A stretch of 64,000 nt of DNA, taken from contig JANJGN010000007.1 in assembly GCA_026770705.1 (NCBI GenBank), positions 68,510,001-68,574,000 on the forward strand, in the 5' to 3' direction. The stretch's first letter is position 1. Every line of letters begins with the position of its first letter. Origin of the DNA: Isurus oxyrinchus. Lineage: Eukaryota. Below, piece after piece: positions 47,790 to 60,145 of this stretch. The notes beneath the pieces are model-generated. The model saw only the letters and a list, made by a program, of their open reading frames with translations. It was not told where the DNA came from and did not search any database. The translations under genes were made by a program, and so were the position numbers.

Positions 47790-48395
47790 ACATCCTTGTT
47801 CACAGCCTTGCATCAAAAGGTCATGAGTTCACACCTTACTTTAAAGTGTTGAACACATGGTGTAGACTGGTTTATCAGTGCAACACTGATGGATTGTTGC
47901 ACTGTCGGAGGTGCCATCCTTTAAGTAAGATGAGGACCCATCTACTTGCTTATGTGTCTATAAAATATTTGAAAATGAGCAGGAAAATTCTGTGGGTGTC
48001 CTAGCCAAAGTTAATCCCCTTAGGCAAAGTCGGTCCCTCAACCAACACCAAAATCAGATAAGCTGATAATTTAAAACAAAAACAGAATTACCTGGAAAAA
48101 CTCAGCAGGTCTGTCGAAGGGTCATGAGGACTCGAAACGTCAACTCTTTTCTTCTCCGCCGACGCTGCCAGACCTGCTGAGTTTTTCCAGGTAATTCTGT
48201 TTTTGTTTTGGATTTCCAGCATCCGCAGTTTTTTTGTTTTTATAAGCTGATAATTTATTTCATTGCTACTTTGGTCCTTGGCTATGATCAAATTGACTGT
48301 TGCTTTTCCCACATTACGAAAGTGACTACATTTCAAAAACATTTCATTGGCTATAAAATGCTTTGGGACATTAAGGTTGTGAAAGACACCAGTTT
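47790..48395 (+). mobile_element. DeuSINE (SacSINE1-like), interrupted by a Penelope mini-element
   Basis: gttgcactgtcggaggtgccatcctt...ggtgtcctagccaa...ccctcaaccaacacc...gtgactacatttcaaaaacatttcattggctataaaatgctttgggac matches the recalled Deu-domain and tail of AmnSINE1/SacSINE1. Confidence 0.8.
48074..48241 (+). mobile_element. Penelope-derived 168-bp hairpin mini-element with 16-bp TSD and hammerhead-like core
   Basis: TSD ataagctgataattta at 48058-48073 and 48242-48257. Perfect 41-bp inverted repeat 48073-48113 / 48169-48209. Core CTGTCGA-A-GGGTC-ATGAG-GACTC-GAAA-CGTC. Nearly identical to the end of the element at 18203. Confidence 0.9.
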
Positions 48396-49189
48396 GTCTT
48401 GGAATTGTGTTTTGATGTGCTGATGCAGCGCTTTATGCATGCACCCTGACCAATATCCTGAATGTCCTGAGCATATGTTACAGATTAAGCTTTGTATCAA
48501 GTTCACAGAGAGACTGGTGCACAACAAGGTAGTGAAGATGGATTTAAAAAGTTTTGGGATTATAGAGACGTTAAGTAGATAACTATTCTGCTTTAATAGG
48601 CATTAATAACATTTAAAATTCATTAAAATTTACAACATGTACAGATATGTGTATTTATATGCACAGGATTCATAATTGAACTTGTCATGGTGGGTCTGGT
48701 CTTAATGTACATAATATTGTGTGTGGAACAATGTAGCGATTACCTCAAATATTTTGCCTCTGTTTGAGGAGGGTCTTGTCTGAATCACCTTTTTGTTTTG
48801 TAGGCTGAGGAGGGCAAGGATAAAAGCAAAACCAGAATAACCTCCTGCAGTAATGGAGCTCAAGCAGCAGATTTTGCATTGAGCTGTTTGTTATTCAGTT
48901 TCATATGTCCTTTTTGTGTACTTTTGCTCTCTGACAGATTTAAATGTGATGTGCTGAAATGATTGATATGAGTTGGTAGTGGTAGGTTGGCATTGCTCCA
49001 AGAACTGCACTCACCTCATCTCAATCACATCATGCAATGCATAACAACAAATTGATGCTTATTCATTGCTGTACTGAAGGATTTGTTTACATGGCACTGC
49101 GAACATGAATATGATGTTCAAGAGGATAGTTGCTCAAATTGCTATTTTAGCTGTGTACCTCTCATTTTCTCTCATCTTCACTCTCACAC

Positions 49190-49345
49190 GTCTCTTGCCC
49201 CTTCATCTTATTCGCACACTTTCGCTATCCCCTCTCTGCCTCTCAACCCTTCCCCATCTCAACCATTCGCCCTATTCCCTCCCTTCGTTCCATTCTTTCC
49301 CCCTCTCTCGTCCCATTCCTTCCCCTCCCTCTCATCCCCTTCACC
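49190..49345. repeat. Pyrimidine-rich (C/T) low-complexity tract
   Basis: Almost entirely C/T: cccttcccatctc, ttccctcccttc, cctctctcgtcccattccttcccctccctctc. Confidence 0.7.
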
Positions 49346-49349
49346 ATAA

Positions 49350-50320
49350 GTTGTAACAGACTTGTTTGAAAATAGAAGCACATGGAATTAAAGGGGCAGT
49401 GGTAGCCTGAGTATGAAATTGGCTAAGAAACAGGAGGCAGAGTAGTGGTGAATGGATATTTTTCTTATTGGCGAGAAATGTATGGTGTGGTTACTCCTGG
49501 GGTTGGTATTATGACCGTTTATTTATGTTATTAGATATAAATGACCTGGATTTGGGTTTCAGGAGTACAGTTTTGTACTACTTGTGCCATGAAAAACTTG
49601 ACAATGCAGTGAATAATGAACATGATAGTAGCAGACTTCAGGAAGACATAAACAGACTGGTAAAATGATCCAACTGTGGCTTCAACTCTACATTTTGCCT
49701 CCCCCCGAAAACGTTAGATTCTTGACTAACAGGGGAGTAACTGTAGCTCTGCCTTAAAAATATTCAATGACCCTGCCTCCACCGCTTTCTGGGGAAGAGA
49801 GTTCCAAAGATTCACGACCCAACTGAGAGAAAAAAAATTCTTCTCATCTCCATCTTAAATGGGAGACCCCTTATTTTTAACCCCATATTCCCTATTTCTA
49901 GTCTCCTTTCATTGCCTCCAAACCTCACACCCCCCCACCCACCCACCCACATGGCCAAATCCCCTCAGGCTTATATGTTTCAATAAGATCACCTTTCAGT
50001 GTTCTAAACTCAAATGGATACAGGCCCAGCCTGTCCAACCTTTCCTCATAAGATAACCGCACCCCCCCGCCCCCCCCACCATCCCAGGAATCAGTCAGGT
50101 GATCCTTCTCTGAACTGCTTATAATGAATTTATATCCCTTATTAAATAAGAAGACTAATACGGGACACAGAACTCTAGATGTAGCCTCACTAATGCCCTG
50201 TACAACTGTCGAAAAATTCCCTTTTTTTTATTCCATTCCCCTTGTAATGAATGATGACATCCATTTGTCTTCTGAATCACTTGTTGTACCTGCATACTAT
50301 TTTTTTGTGATTCAAATCTA
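49350..50320. mobile_element. Two CR1 fragments in opposite orientation (+ ~49350-49670, - ~49670-50320)
   Basis: INDLDLG..LQEDINRL on the plus strand; LYRALVRLHLEFCV and CR1 3' sequence on the minus strand. Confidence 0.75.
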
Positions 50321-51045
50321 CATTCAATGCCACATTCCAGTGACTTAAAACTGTAGCTGAGAATTTGCATCACTGTACACAATAAATTACAAAGCCATTA
50401 AGTGGAGCCAACCGCTCTAGAAAATACCAGCAGAGACAGTTACCTTGAAGGAGTTTCAATGGGATCATCTCCAAACCCATTCACAGAACATCCCGACAAT
50501 CACCCGGTTAGTGATATAATCACCTCAGACAATGAATTCAAGGAGTCCACTGCAGACAAAATCTAATCAAGTCAAAATCATCCACCTGGGGAACATTAGT
50601 CATGACCATATTTGGGTCATTGGTCAATTGGAGAGAGATGATATTTGTGTTTAAGGAACTTTTTTCTCCAGACCAGAGACAGAAGCAGAGAAGACGTTGT
50701 GGGCCTCATTCTCTCTCTCCACCCATCGACAAGCTTGAGCCCTGTCTGCTATTTGATTATCACGTGCCCCTGACAGAGATTTTAAAAAGAATTCAACCCA
50801 CAACTATTGTCTTCAGATTAACAGATAAATCGCCCAACTGCATCTTTAAACTCCCTTGTGCTGAAACCAGAAGGACCACTGAGCTCAGCCTGGATCCACC
50901 CAAGCCATCAACCTATGACAACCGCATTATATAATCTTTATTGGACTTAAATACTTCTCTCTTTTCAAAAAACTCAAGGAAACCTGTCTGTTTGTGTCTT
51001 TTATAGTCACAGCATATAAACAGTTAAGCATTCACTGAATTGGCA

Positions 51046-53125
51046 AGCATATTCTTTTTTAAGAAAAGGCTTGTTATAGTCAAAGGAGGAGTGGGAATAG
51101 AAAGGAACCATCTTACCCCTCCTCACTTGTTCATAACAATGGCTAACTAAGGAAGTTATGAGTGGTATCAAATTGAAAGGAAAAGCATACAATGCTGCAA
51201 AGATTAGTGGTAGCATAGAAGATTGGGAAAGGTTTGGAAACCAGCAAATCTTGACTTATAAAGAGGGAGAAATTGGAGTACAAGAGAAAACTAGCAAGAA
51301 ATACAGACGGTAAAAGGTTCTTGAATTACATAAAAAGGAAAAGAGTAGCTAAGCTGAGGATTGCTCGCATAGAGAGTGAGACTGAGTAATTAATGATGGG
51401 AAATGAGGAAATGGCAGAAACTTTGAATGAGTATCTTGTATCTGTCTTCACAGTAGAAGACACAATATGCATCCCAAGGATTGTGGAACATCGAGAGACA
51501 AAAAGGGAGGGAGGAAATTAGAACAGTCATGATCATTAGTGAAAAAGTAATGGGAATACTAATGGGACGAAAGGCTGACAACTCCCATGGACTTGATGGC
51601 CTGCACTCTGGAGTCTTAAAAGAAGTAGCTGCAAAGATAGTAGATGCAATGGTTGTAATCTTCCAGATTTCCCCAGATTCTGGAAAGGCCTCAGCAAATT
51701 GGAAAACCATAAATGTAACTCTTTTATTCAAGACAGAAGAGAAGCAGAAAGCAGGAAACTACAAGCCTGTTAGCCTAATGTCTGTCATTGAGGAAAATGC
51801 CAGAATCCATTATTGAAGAGGAAATAGCGGGACATTTAGAAAACCATAATACAATCTGGCAGTCAACATGGTTTTGTAAAGGGAAATTGTGTTTGACAAA
51901 TTTCTAAGAGTTCTTGAGGGAGTAACAACAGGGTGGATAAAGGGAGACCAGTAGATATAGTATATTTGGATTGCCAAAAGGCATTCAATAAGGTGCCACA
52001 TAAAAGGTATACAAGATAAGAGCATATGGCGTTGGGGGTAATATATTAGCAAGAATAGAGGACTGGCTAACTAACAGCTAACAGAGTCAGAATAAAGGGT
52101 CATTTTCAAGTTGGCAAACTGTAACTGGGTGAGTGCCACAGGGATCAGTGCTGGGGTCTCAACTATTTACAAGCTATCTTAATGACTAGAATTAAGGGAT
52201 CGACTATGTAGTCAAATTTGCTGACGATACAAAAATAGGTAGGAAAGCAAGTTATGAGGAGGCTACAAAGTGTCTGCAAAGGGATATAGATGGTTAGGTG
52301 AGCGGACAAAAATTTGGCAGATGGAGTATAATTTGAGAAAATGTGATGTTGTCCACTTTGTCGGGAACAGATAATTATTTATGTTGAGAGAGCCTGCAGA
52401 ATTCTGCAGTACAGAGGGACCTGGGTGTCCTTCAGCATGAATTGCAAAATGTCAGCATGCAGGATAGCAAATGATTGAGAAGGCAAATTGAGTGTTGGAT
52501 TTTATTGTAAGGGGGATGGTGTATAAAAACAGGGAAGTCTTGCTATAACTGTACAGGGCATTGGTGAGACAATATCTAGAGTATTGTGTGCAGTTTTGGT
52601 CACCTTACTTAGAGGCACATACTTGCATTGTGGGCAGTTCAGAGAAGAAGTGCTGGTCTGATTCATGGGATGACAGGCTTGTCTTATGAGGAAAGGTTGA
52701 ACTGGTTGGGCCTATTCTCATTGGAGTTTAGAGAACAAGAGGTGATCTTATTGAAATATAAGATTCCGAGGGGCCTTGACAGGATAGATGCTGAGAGGAT
52801 GTTTCCCCTTGTGGAACATTCTAGAACAAAGAGGCACGGTTTCAAAATAAGAGGTCTCCCATTTAAGACGGAGATAAGGGGGAATTTCTTCTCTCAGGTT
52901 TGTTAGTGTTTGGAATTTTCTCCTCCAGTGAGCATTGGAGGCTGGTTCATTGAATATATTCAAGGCTGAGATAGACAGATTTTTAATTGATAAATGAGTC
53001 GAGTGTTACAGAGGACAGACAGGAAAGTGGAGTTGAGGCCACATCAGATCTGCCATGATCTTATTGACTGGTGGAGCAGGTTTGAGGACTGAATGACCTA
53101 CCTCTGCTCTTATTTCTTATGTTTG
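51046..53125 (+). mobile_element. CR1 LINE ORF2 and 3' end, decayed
   Basis: GLDGLHSGVLKE, GNYKPVSL, VPQGSVLG, KFADDTK, LSYEERL; tail ctcttatttcttatgtt. Confidence 0.9.
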
Positions 53126-53547
53126 TTGAATGTAAAAACAAGGACATTATGTTCATCCTTTATAAATCTATGGTTAGATCTCATAGGGAAGAGTTTATAT
53201 TCTTCTGGGCTCCACACTTTAGGATGTCAGGCCGAGGGTACAAAGGGAGTTTAGCACAATAACTGCTGGTATGAGGGAGATCAGTTACTTAGATTGGAGA
53301 AGTTGGAATTCTCCACTTCTTCATCAGTTCCACCAAGGCCAGCTCAGAGTGTGCACCACCAGAGGCAAATGAAAGTCACTGTTAGTTAAATAAACTCCTT
53401 AGCTCAGCCCCAATCCCCTTCCCCTTCCCTGGTGACTAGGATTTGGAACCTCGCCATCTCTCTCCAGCTCTGCTTCATAAGCTTTAAGGTAAAAAAGGTT
53501 CTGTTAGTTAGCTCTGCTGCTTGGTGCTTTTTAATAGTCATTTTTAT

Positions 53548-56500
53548 TGTGAAGGTGGATGTTATTTTTAAAAATATTTTTGCGATTATGGTGGTATTCT
53601 GTAAAGAAGGGTGTGTGTGTCATTAAACTGGGAGGAAAGTTAGTAAAGACAGTTTGACTGTGGGAGCAGAGAGGTGAAAGGGGAAGTTATTAGATGCATG
53701 CATTTGTAATGAGGCTATGGTGAAGTTGAATGCATGAGTAAATAGGTTGAGTTTGAAATTTGCATTATAAGTAAGAACTTGACTTTCAGCAGTTAAATTT
53801 CAAAGGGAATTTAGAAGTGACAATGGGCTTTTACAGCTTACAAAGGTTTCATGTGTAAACAATAGAAGGTTATGAACTTTTATTTTACCTGAAAATGGAG
53901 GCACAGGAAAATGGGAAAGATTTTTATATTTTGGAAAAATTGAGTTCAAAGAAGTGCTTAGAACAATGGAGTCCAAGATTAAAGTGGAAAGGGATATTTA
54001 CAGTAAGATGTTTAATTGAGTTGTGTTGGCTGTGAGGAGAAGATCTCCTGAGATCAGATCTGTGCTGAGAAAAGCTGTGAATTTGAAGCAGCCATCCAGT
54101 TTCAAGCCAGAAAGCAGTCTGTTTCTGAACTTACTTCGTTTTTTTTCCACAACAGAGTGGAAGAAAGTGAGAAGTCATGTTGTATACCTTACTAAAACAA
54201 CAGCTATTTTTGCCTTGGGTGCTATTACTGGATTTTTATGGTTAAAATACTATGAGAGAGCTGTCGTCAAGTAGTTTACTTTTGTGTTTTGACCCAGTGG
54301 GTTGTGTGGGAGGGGAACGTTTTGAGATTGTTTAACATATGTTTATTGATTCACAGGATGTCGGCTTCACTAGCTGGGCCAGCATTTATTGCCCACCCCT
54401 GGTTGCCCTTGAGAAGGTGGTGATGAGTTGCCTTCCTGAACCACTGCAGCCCATGTGGTGTATGCATAACCGCAATGCTATTAGGAAAGGAGTTCCAGGA
54501 TTTTGACACAGCGACAGTGAAGGAATGTTGATATATTTCCAAGTCAGGATGGTGAGTGACTTGGAGGGGAACTTCCAGGTGGTGGTGTTCCCCATGTGTC
54601 TGCTGCCCTTGTCCTTCCAGATGGTTGTGGTCATGGGTTTGGAACGTGCTTTCTGAGGAGCCTTGGTGAACTCCTGCAGTGCATTTTGTAGATGGTATGC
54701 ACTGCCACTACTAATATTTGTGGATGTGCCAATCAATTGGACTGCTTTGTCCATGATGGTGTCAAGCTTCTTGAGCATTGTGAGAGCTGCACTCATCCAG
54801 GCAAGTGGGGAGTATTTCATCATACTCCCGACTTGTGTCTTGTAGATGGTGGATAGGCTTTGGGGAGTCAGGAGGTGAGTTATTCATTGCATGATTCCTA
54901 GCCTCTGACCTGCTCTTGTCGCCACAGCATTCACATGGGCTGTCCAGTTAATTTTCTGGCCAATGGGAACCTCTAGTATGTTGATAGTGGAGGATTCAGT
55001 GATGGTAATGCCATTGAACATCAAGAGGCGATGGTTAGATTCTCTCTTGTTGGAGATGGTCATTGCCTGGTATTTGTGTGGTGTGAATGTGACTTGTGAC
55101 TTGCCACTTGTCAGCCCAAGCCTGGATATTGTCCAGGTTTTGCTGCATTTGGACATGGACTGCTTCAGGATCTTAGGAGTTGTGATTAGTGCTGAACATT
55201 GTGCAATCATCAGCGAACATCCCCGCTTCTGACCTTATGATGGAAGGAAGGTCATTGATGAAGCAGTTGAAGATGGTTGGGCTGAGGACACTACCCTGAG
55301 GAACTCCTGAGATGCCCAACAACCTCAGCCATCTTCCTTTGAGCTAGTTATGACTCAAACCAGTGGAGAGTTTTCCCCCGATTTCCATTGACTCCAGTTT
55401 TGCTAGGGCTCCTTGATGCCACACTCAGTCAAGGACAGTCACTCTCACATCACATCAGTTCTTTTGTCCATGATTGAATCAAGGCTGTAATGGGGTCAGG
55501 AGCTAAGTGGCCCTGGCGGAACCCAAACTGGGTGCCTGTGAGCAGGTTATTGCTAAGCAAGTTGATAGCACTGTTGATGACCCCTTCCATTACTTTACTG
55601 ATGATGGAGAGCAGACTAATGGGGTGGTAATTGTCCAGGTTGGATTTGTACTGCCTTTTATGTACATACCTGAGCAATTTTCCACATAGCTGCGTAGATG
55701 CCAATATTGTAGCTGTACTGGAACAGCTTGGCTAAGGGTGTGGCAACTTCTGAAGCACAAGTCTTCAATACTATAGGCTTTGCAGTATCTATGGCCTTCA
55801 GCTTTTTCTTGGTATCATGTGGAGTGAATTGATTTGGCTTGAAGACTGGCACCTATGATGCTGGAGATGTCCGGAGGAGGCCAAGATGGATGATTCACTC
55901 AGCACTTCTGGCTGAAGATTGTAGCAAAAGCTTCAGCCCTATCTTTTGCACCGATGTGCTGGGCTCCTCCATCATTGAGGATGGGGTTATTTGTGGAGCT
56001 GCCTCTTCCTCCAGTGAGTTATTTAGCTGACCACCACCATTTATGACTGGATGTGGCAGGACTGCGGAGCTTAGATCTGATCCGTTGGTTGTGGGATTGC
56101 TTAGTTCTGTCAATCGCAACTTATGCTGTTTGGCACGCAAGTAGTCCTGTGATATAGCTTCACCAAGCTGACACCTCATTTTTAGGTATGCCTGGTGCTG
56201 CTCCTGGCATGCCTCCCTGCACTCTTCATTGAACCAGGGTTGATCCTCTGGCTTGATGGTAATGGTAGAGTGGGGGATAGGCCAGGCTATGAGGTTACAG
56301 ATTGTATTTGAGTACAATTCTGCTGCTGCTGATGGCCCACAGCATCGCATGAATGCCCAATCTTGAGTTGCTAGATCTGTTCGAAATCTATCCCATTTGG
56401 CACGGTGGTAGTACCATACAACACGATGAAGGATATCCTCAATGTGAAGACGGGACTTTGTCTCTACAAAATGACTGTGTGGTAGTCACTCCTACCAATA

Positions 56501-57261
56501 CTGTCATGGACAGATGCATCTGCGGCAGGCAGGTTGGTGAGGATGAAGTCAAGTCTGTTTTTCCCTCCTGTTGGTTCCCTCACCACCTGCCGCAGACCCA
56601 GACTGGCAGCTAAGAAATTTAGGACTTGGCCAATTCAGTCAATAGTTGAGCTACTGAGCCATTCTTGGTGATGGACGTTGAAGCCCCTCACCCAGAGTAC
56701 ATTCTGTGCCCGTGCCACCCTCAGTGCTTCCTCCAAGTGGTGTTCAATGTGGATGAGTACTGATTCATCAGCTGAGGGAGGGCAGTACATGGTAATTAGC
56801 GGGAAATTTCCTTGCCCATGTTTGACCTGATGCCATGAGACTTCCCTAAAGAACATTAGTGAACCAGATGGGTTTCTACAACAATCGACAATGGTTTCAT
56901 GGTCATTGTTATTCTTTTGATTCCAAATTTTTATTGAATTCAAATTCCACCATCTGCTGTGGCGGGATTTGAACCCCGGTCCCCAGAGCATTTCCCTGGG
57001 TCTCCGGATTACTAGTCCAGCTACAATATCATTCCGCCATTGCCCCCTATAACTTTATAACTTGTATGCTTAAGTTTATTTTTTCTTGTGAATAAATCTT
57101 TTAATTTTATAATCCTAAAAGTTTTACTGGGACTCTATGCTTCTGGGATTAGTAGTTTTCTCCTCATTTTCAGAATACAAAAACAAAGTTATGATCAGTA
57201 AGATAAGTTTCCCTCTGGGATTTGTTTTGCTCAGAGAATAACATTGGCTGTGATCGTAACA
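53548..57261 (+). mobile_element. Solo LTR with 4-bp TSD TTAT, split by a LINE family A insertion
   Basis: TG at 53548 and ...GATCGTAACA at 57261; TTAT at 53544-53547 and 57262-57265. Related to the LTR at 4245-5186. Confidence 0.85.
54343..57048 (-). mobile_element. LINE family A with tRNA-like head, internally deleted
   Basis: YCPPSADES, GFNVHHQEW, QPWFNEEC, NYHPISLLSIISK, QFGFRQG, VPQGSVL, MFADD. Head at 57048-56950 (minus): TGGCGGAATGA...CTGGACTAGTAATCCGG...GGTTCAAATCC. Confidence 0.92.
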
Positions 57262-57499
57262 TTATTAATTATTCTTTTTTTAAAATTATCAACTTATTGC
57301 TTTGAAATTGAATTTTTTTTGCTCAGTAAGTTGTTTGGTTTGTCCATACATTTTTTTAAAAATTCATGTTTAATGTTGTGCCAAACCAGATCTCGGGCGG
57401 CTGCTGCTGGATTTTTTTTGCTGAAGGGGAATGAGAGGCTCACAAGAAGCCTGATTTCTTTTTGAATGGCTGGCAAAACAGTTTATTTTTGCTCCAATA

Positions 57500-57705
57500 G
57501 AAATGGGAAATATTGGAAATGCTCAGCATGTCTGGTGGCATATGTGCAGAGAGAAAACGAGGTCAGTGACCCTTTGCCAGATCAGCAGATCGCGAACCTG
57601 AAACATTGACTCTGTTTCTCTCTCGACAGATGCTGCCTAGCCTATTAAGTATTTTCAGCATTTTCTGTTTATATTTCAGGTTTCCAGCATCTGCAGTACT
57701 TTGAT
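57500..57705. mobile_element. Old Penelope-derived inverted (hairpin) short element
   Basis: ggaaatgctcagcatgtctggtggcat..gagagaaa followed by its decayed reverse complement tttctctctcgacagatgctgcctagcc..gtattttcagcatttt. Related short copies lie at ~16875-16935, 22385-22470, 30240-30330 and 60480-60610. Confidence 0.7.
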
Positions 57706-59074
57706 CTCCTATTATATGCTCCATGCTGGGTATTTGTAAGTATAGTTAGTTTCAATTTAAGATGAGAAAATATTTATCACTCAGTGCAAAGTGCAATTTT
57801 CCTGTTGACATAGCACATTATTGCAAGTCAGTTGGATGGTGTTAATTTACTGGAAGGTTTTGCAATTTTTAAACTTGGAAGTGAAACCCAGGAGTTGCGT
57901 AACTATAAAATATGTCACTGTTAGTTCAAGATATTCTTATTTGTACAAAAGATTGTTATTTGCAATGAGACATTTAAGTCTTTTGGATGTTATTTTCCGG
58001 ATGTTGCATTGGGCTAGGTTCAAAGAAGCTGGTTACATTATATGAACGACCAAGTTGTGTGTAATTGTCTGACAAAGCTGTGGTTGTAAAGCGCATCATG
58101 CTGAAACTTGAACTTTGAATTAGCTGTAGATGGGCATAGAGAATAAGAGCCACTAAGTTTTGCTAAGTCTTTATGTAAAACAGTTTGACCCCACTGACTG
58201 TGGTTCCCAATTCTGAGAACCCAAAGTTTGTGAGGGGGTGTTTAAAGGGGGGAGGGATAGGGGGCCCAGAAATAGGAGAAACACCAGGGCCCATGATTTC
58301 AGTCCCTGGCCCTGGTTACACCTGCCATTCCGTCATGTCAAAAGCATCTTAATCTACTAACATCAATATTTGAACATAATTATTAAATGGTCACAACATA
58401 TGAACACTTTGGAGGGAAATAAATATGGCTGAGTTTGGTGATGCCAGAACTGCAGAGGGTGCACTTCCTGTCCTTGTATTCACACTGCCTGTGATGCCAA
58501 ATCCAATGACCGAAACTGCAGCCTGTAACTCCCAAAACTTATTCTCTCACATAGAAATTGATACTTATAGACCTTAGTGGAAGCTAAGATTCCCTTGCAT
58601 TTCTAATTAAAAGATGAGTTTTATTTTGATGGTTGAAATTGTTTTGAAACACACAGTTGCCTAGAGCTTTATTGACAATGTAGTACAGAAAGAGCTTGAA
58701 TATCCCCAAATTGGGATTCCAGATAGACTGCAGCTCACAATAGCTGGAGACAGGAGCATTGCGAGGTGAGTGCTTGGGAAAGGACCAGTGGACACTCAGA
58801 AGAGGAGCAGCAGAGGGAGTGGGTCAGCGGTGGACAGGAGGCACAAACCAGTACTGGCACCAGCAGACTGGTGCACACCAATGATGTGAGCAGTGGGAAG
58901 ATCTGCACATGCTCTGGTGGACCACTGCGCATGTTTAACTGTGCCTGGTGCTTGGCAGATCAGTGTCAGGAATTATAGTCAAGAGATATTTTCAGTACAG
59001 ATGGCATATGGTTTTCTCAAATTGGTACTCCCTTTACAGTAACAAAATTTTTAATAAGTGTGTGTTATTCACTT

Positions 59075-59440
59075 CCCTTGTAGCTCAGTTATAAGATGCC
59101 CTACAGAACAGAATATTCTAGGTTCAACCTCTGGTGTGCATAATGTTAGCTGATTTCAGCTGAGCTAGTAGTGGGAGCAGTATCAGTTTTCCTCAGCTTA
59201 GGGAGGTAAAATTTTAACCAGTTTCTTCTGATTGTTCACTGACCAGTGAGCTCCTTTGGAAAATACACATGTATGGATATTTGGTTGAGGACAGATTTGA
59301 GCTTGGCTATGCATATCTCTTCTTCATGACAAACAATTGACTAGTACGCCAACGCCTGAGGGTAGGCACAAAGAGAAAAAATTTAAAGTGCTTTCTGTAG
59401 AAGATTGGAGTTGGAACTGTACAATAATGTTAGGCTGAAG
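59075..59440 (+). mobile_element. Old tRNA-derived SINE, UCON3-like
   Basis: A box tagctcagtt and B-box-like ggttcaacctc, followed by gttagctgatttcagc...ggttgaggacagatttgagcttggct. The family name is from memory. Confidence 0.55.
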
Positions 59441-59639
59441 TGCTTTGATGTAGGCGAACATAAAAAAATGACAATGCATCATGTGAATGCAATCCTGGTA
59501 AGTACCTTTCTCTCCAGAGTTGAAATGTGCCTTTTTATTGCAGTGACAAATACAAGTAATATCAAATTGAATAGTCTAAATTGACTACCAAACTGAACAG
59601 TTAAAATTGCAGCTTCAACAACTCATGGGTATTAACATC

Positions 59640-60145
59640 CCACTGACCCCGTCCCTTCTTTAAATCTCATCCCTCAACGCTTCTCCAACCTTTCCTCCCT
59701 GATCCTGAATAACCTGCCCTTACAAAAAAGGTTCAGCTTCAGCCCCTTATCTCAATGAATTTTGATCTAGGCACTATACTGAGCTCTACTTGTGGCATCT
59801 CCACCTTTGTGACTATTTCTTTGCTTGAGGGTCTTCCCCCTGCTTGGCAGGCCCTTTTACCCATCTCCAATATTCTCCCTCTACCTGGAGCCCTCCTTTT
59901 GGCTTTTTACCCTCTCTAAATCTTTTAATTGAGATCTGCCAGCATGACTTCGGCTGTCTCAATTTCTCTGCTTTCCTCACTTGAAACTACCTCATTCTGT
60001 TCTCTCAGGTCCAACCCTAACATAGTGATCTAGCTTGCTAACATGGGTGATACTATTGTTGTCTTGCATACCACCCTAGTAGAGGGCAAACATCAATTCT
60101 CGGACACTTCCTCCTACCTCCCCTGGATTATGTCTTCACCACCAA
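59640..60145 (+). mobile_element. Decayed Penelope RT N-terminal fragment
   Basis: LANMGDTIVV (compare PADKGGAVVV) and QFSDTSSYLP. Confidence 0.6.

Noticed and set aside
48804-48849. Candidate small exon after tttttgttttgtag (AEEGKDKSKTRIT...)
   Set aside because: Weak donor, 46 nt is not frame-preserving, it has no BSN similarity, and it would interrupt a zinc finger.
56950-57048. Functional tRNA gene
   Set aside because: No complete acceptor stem or terminator; it is the head of a repeated retroelement.
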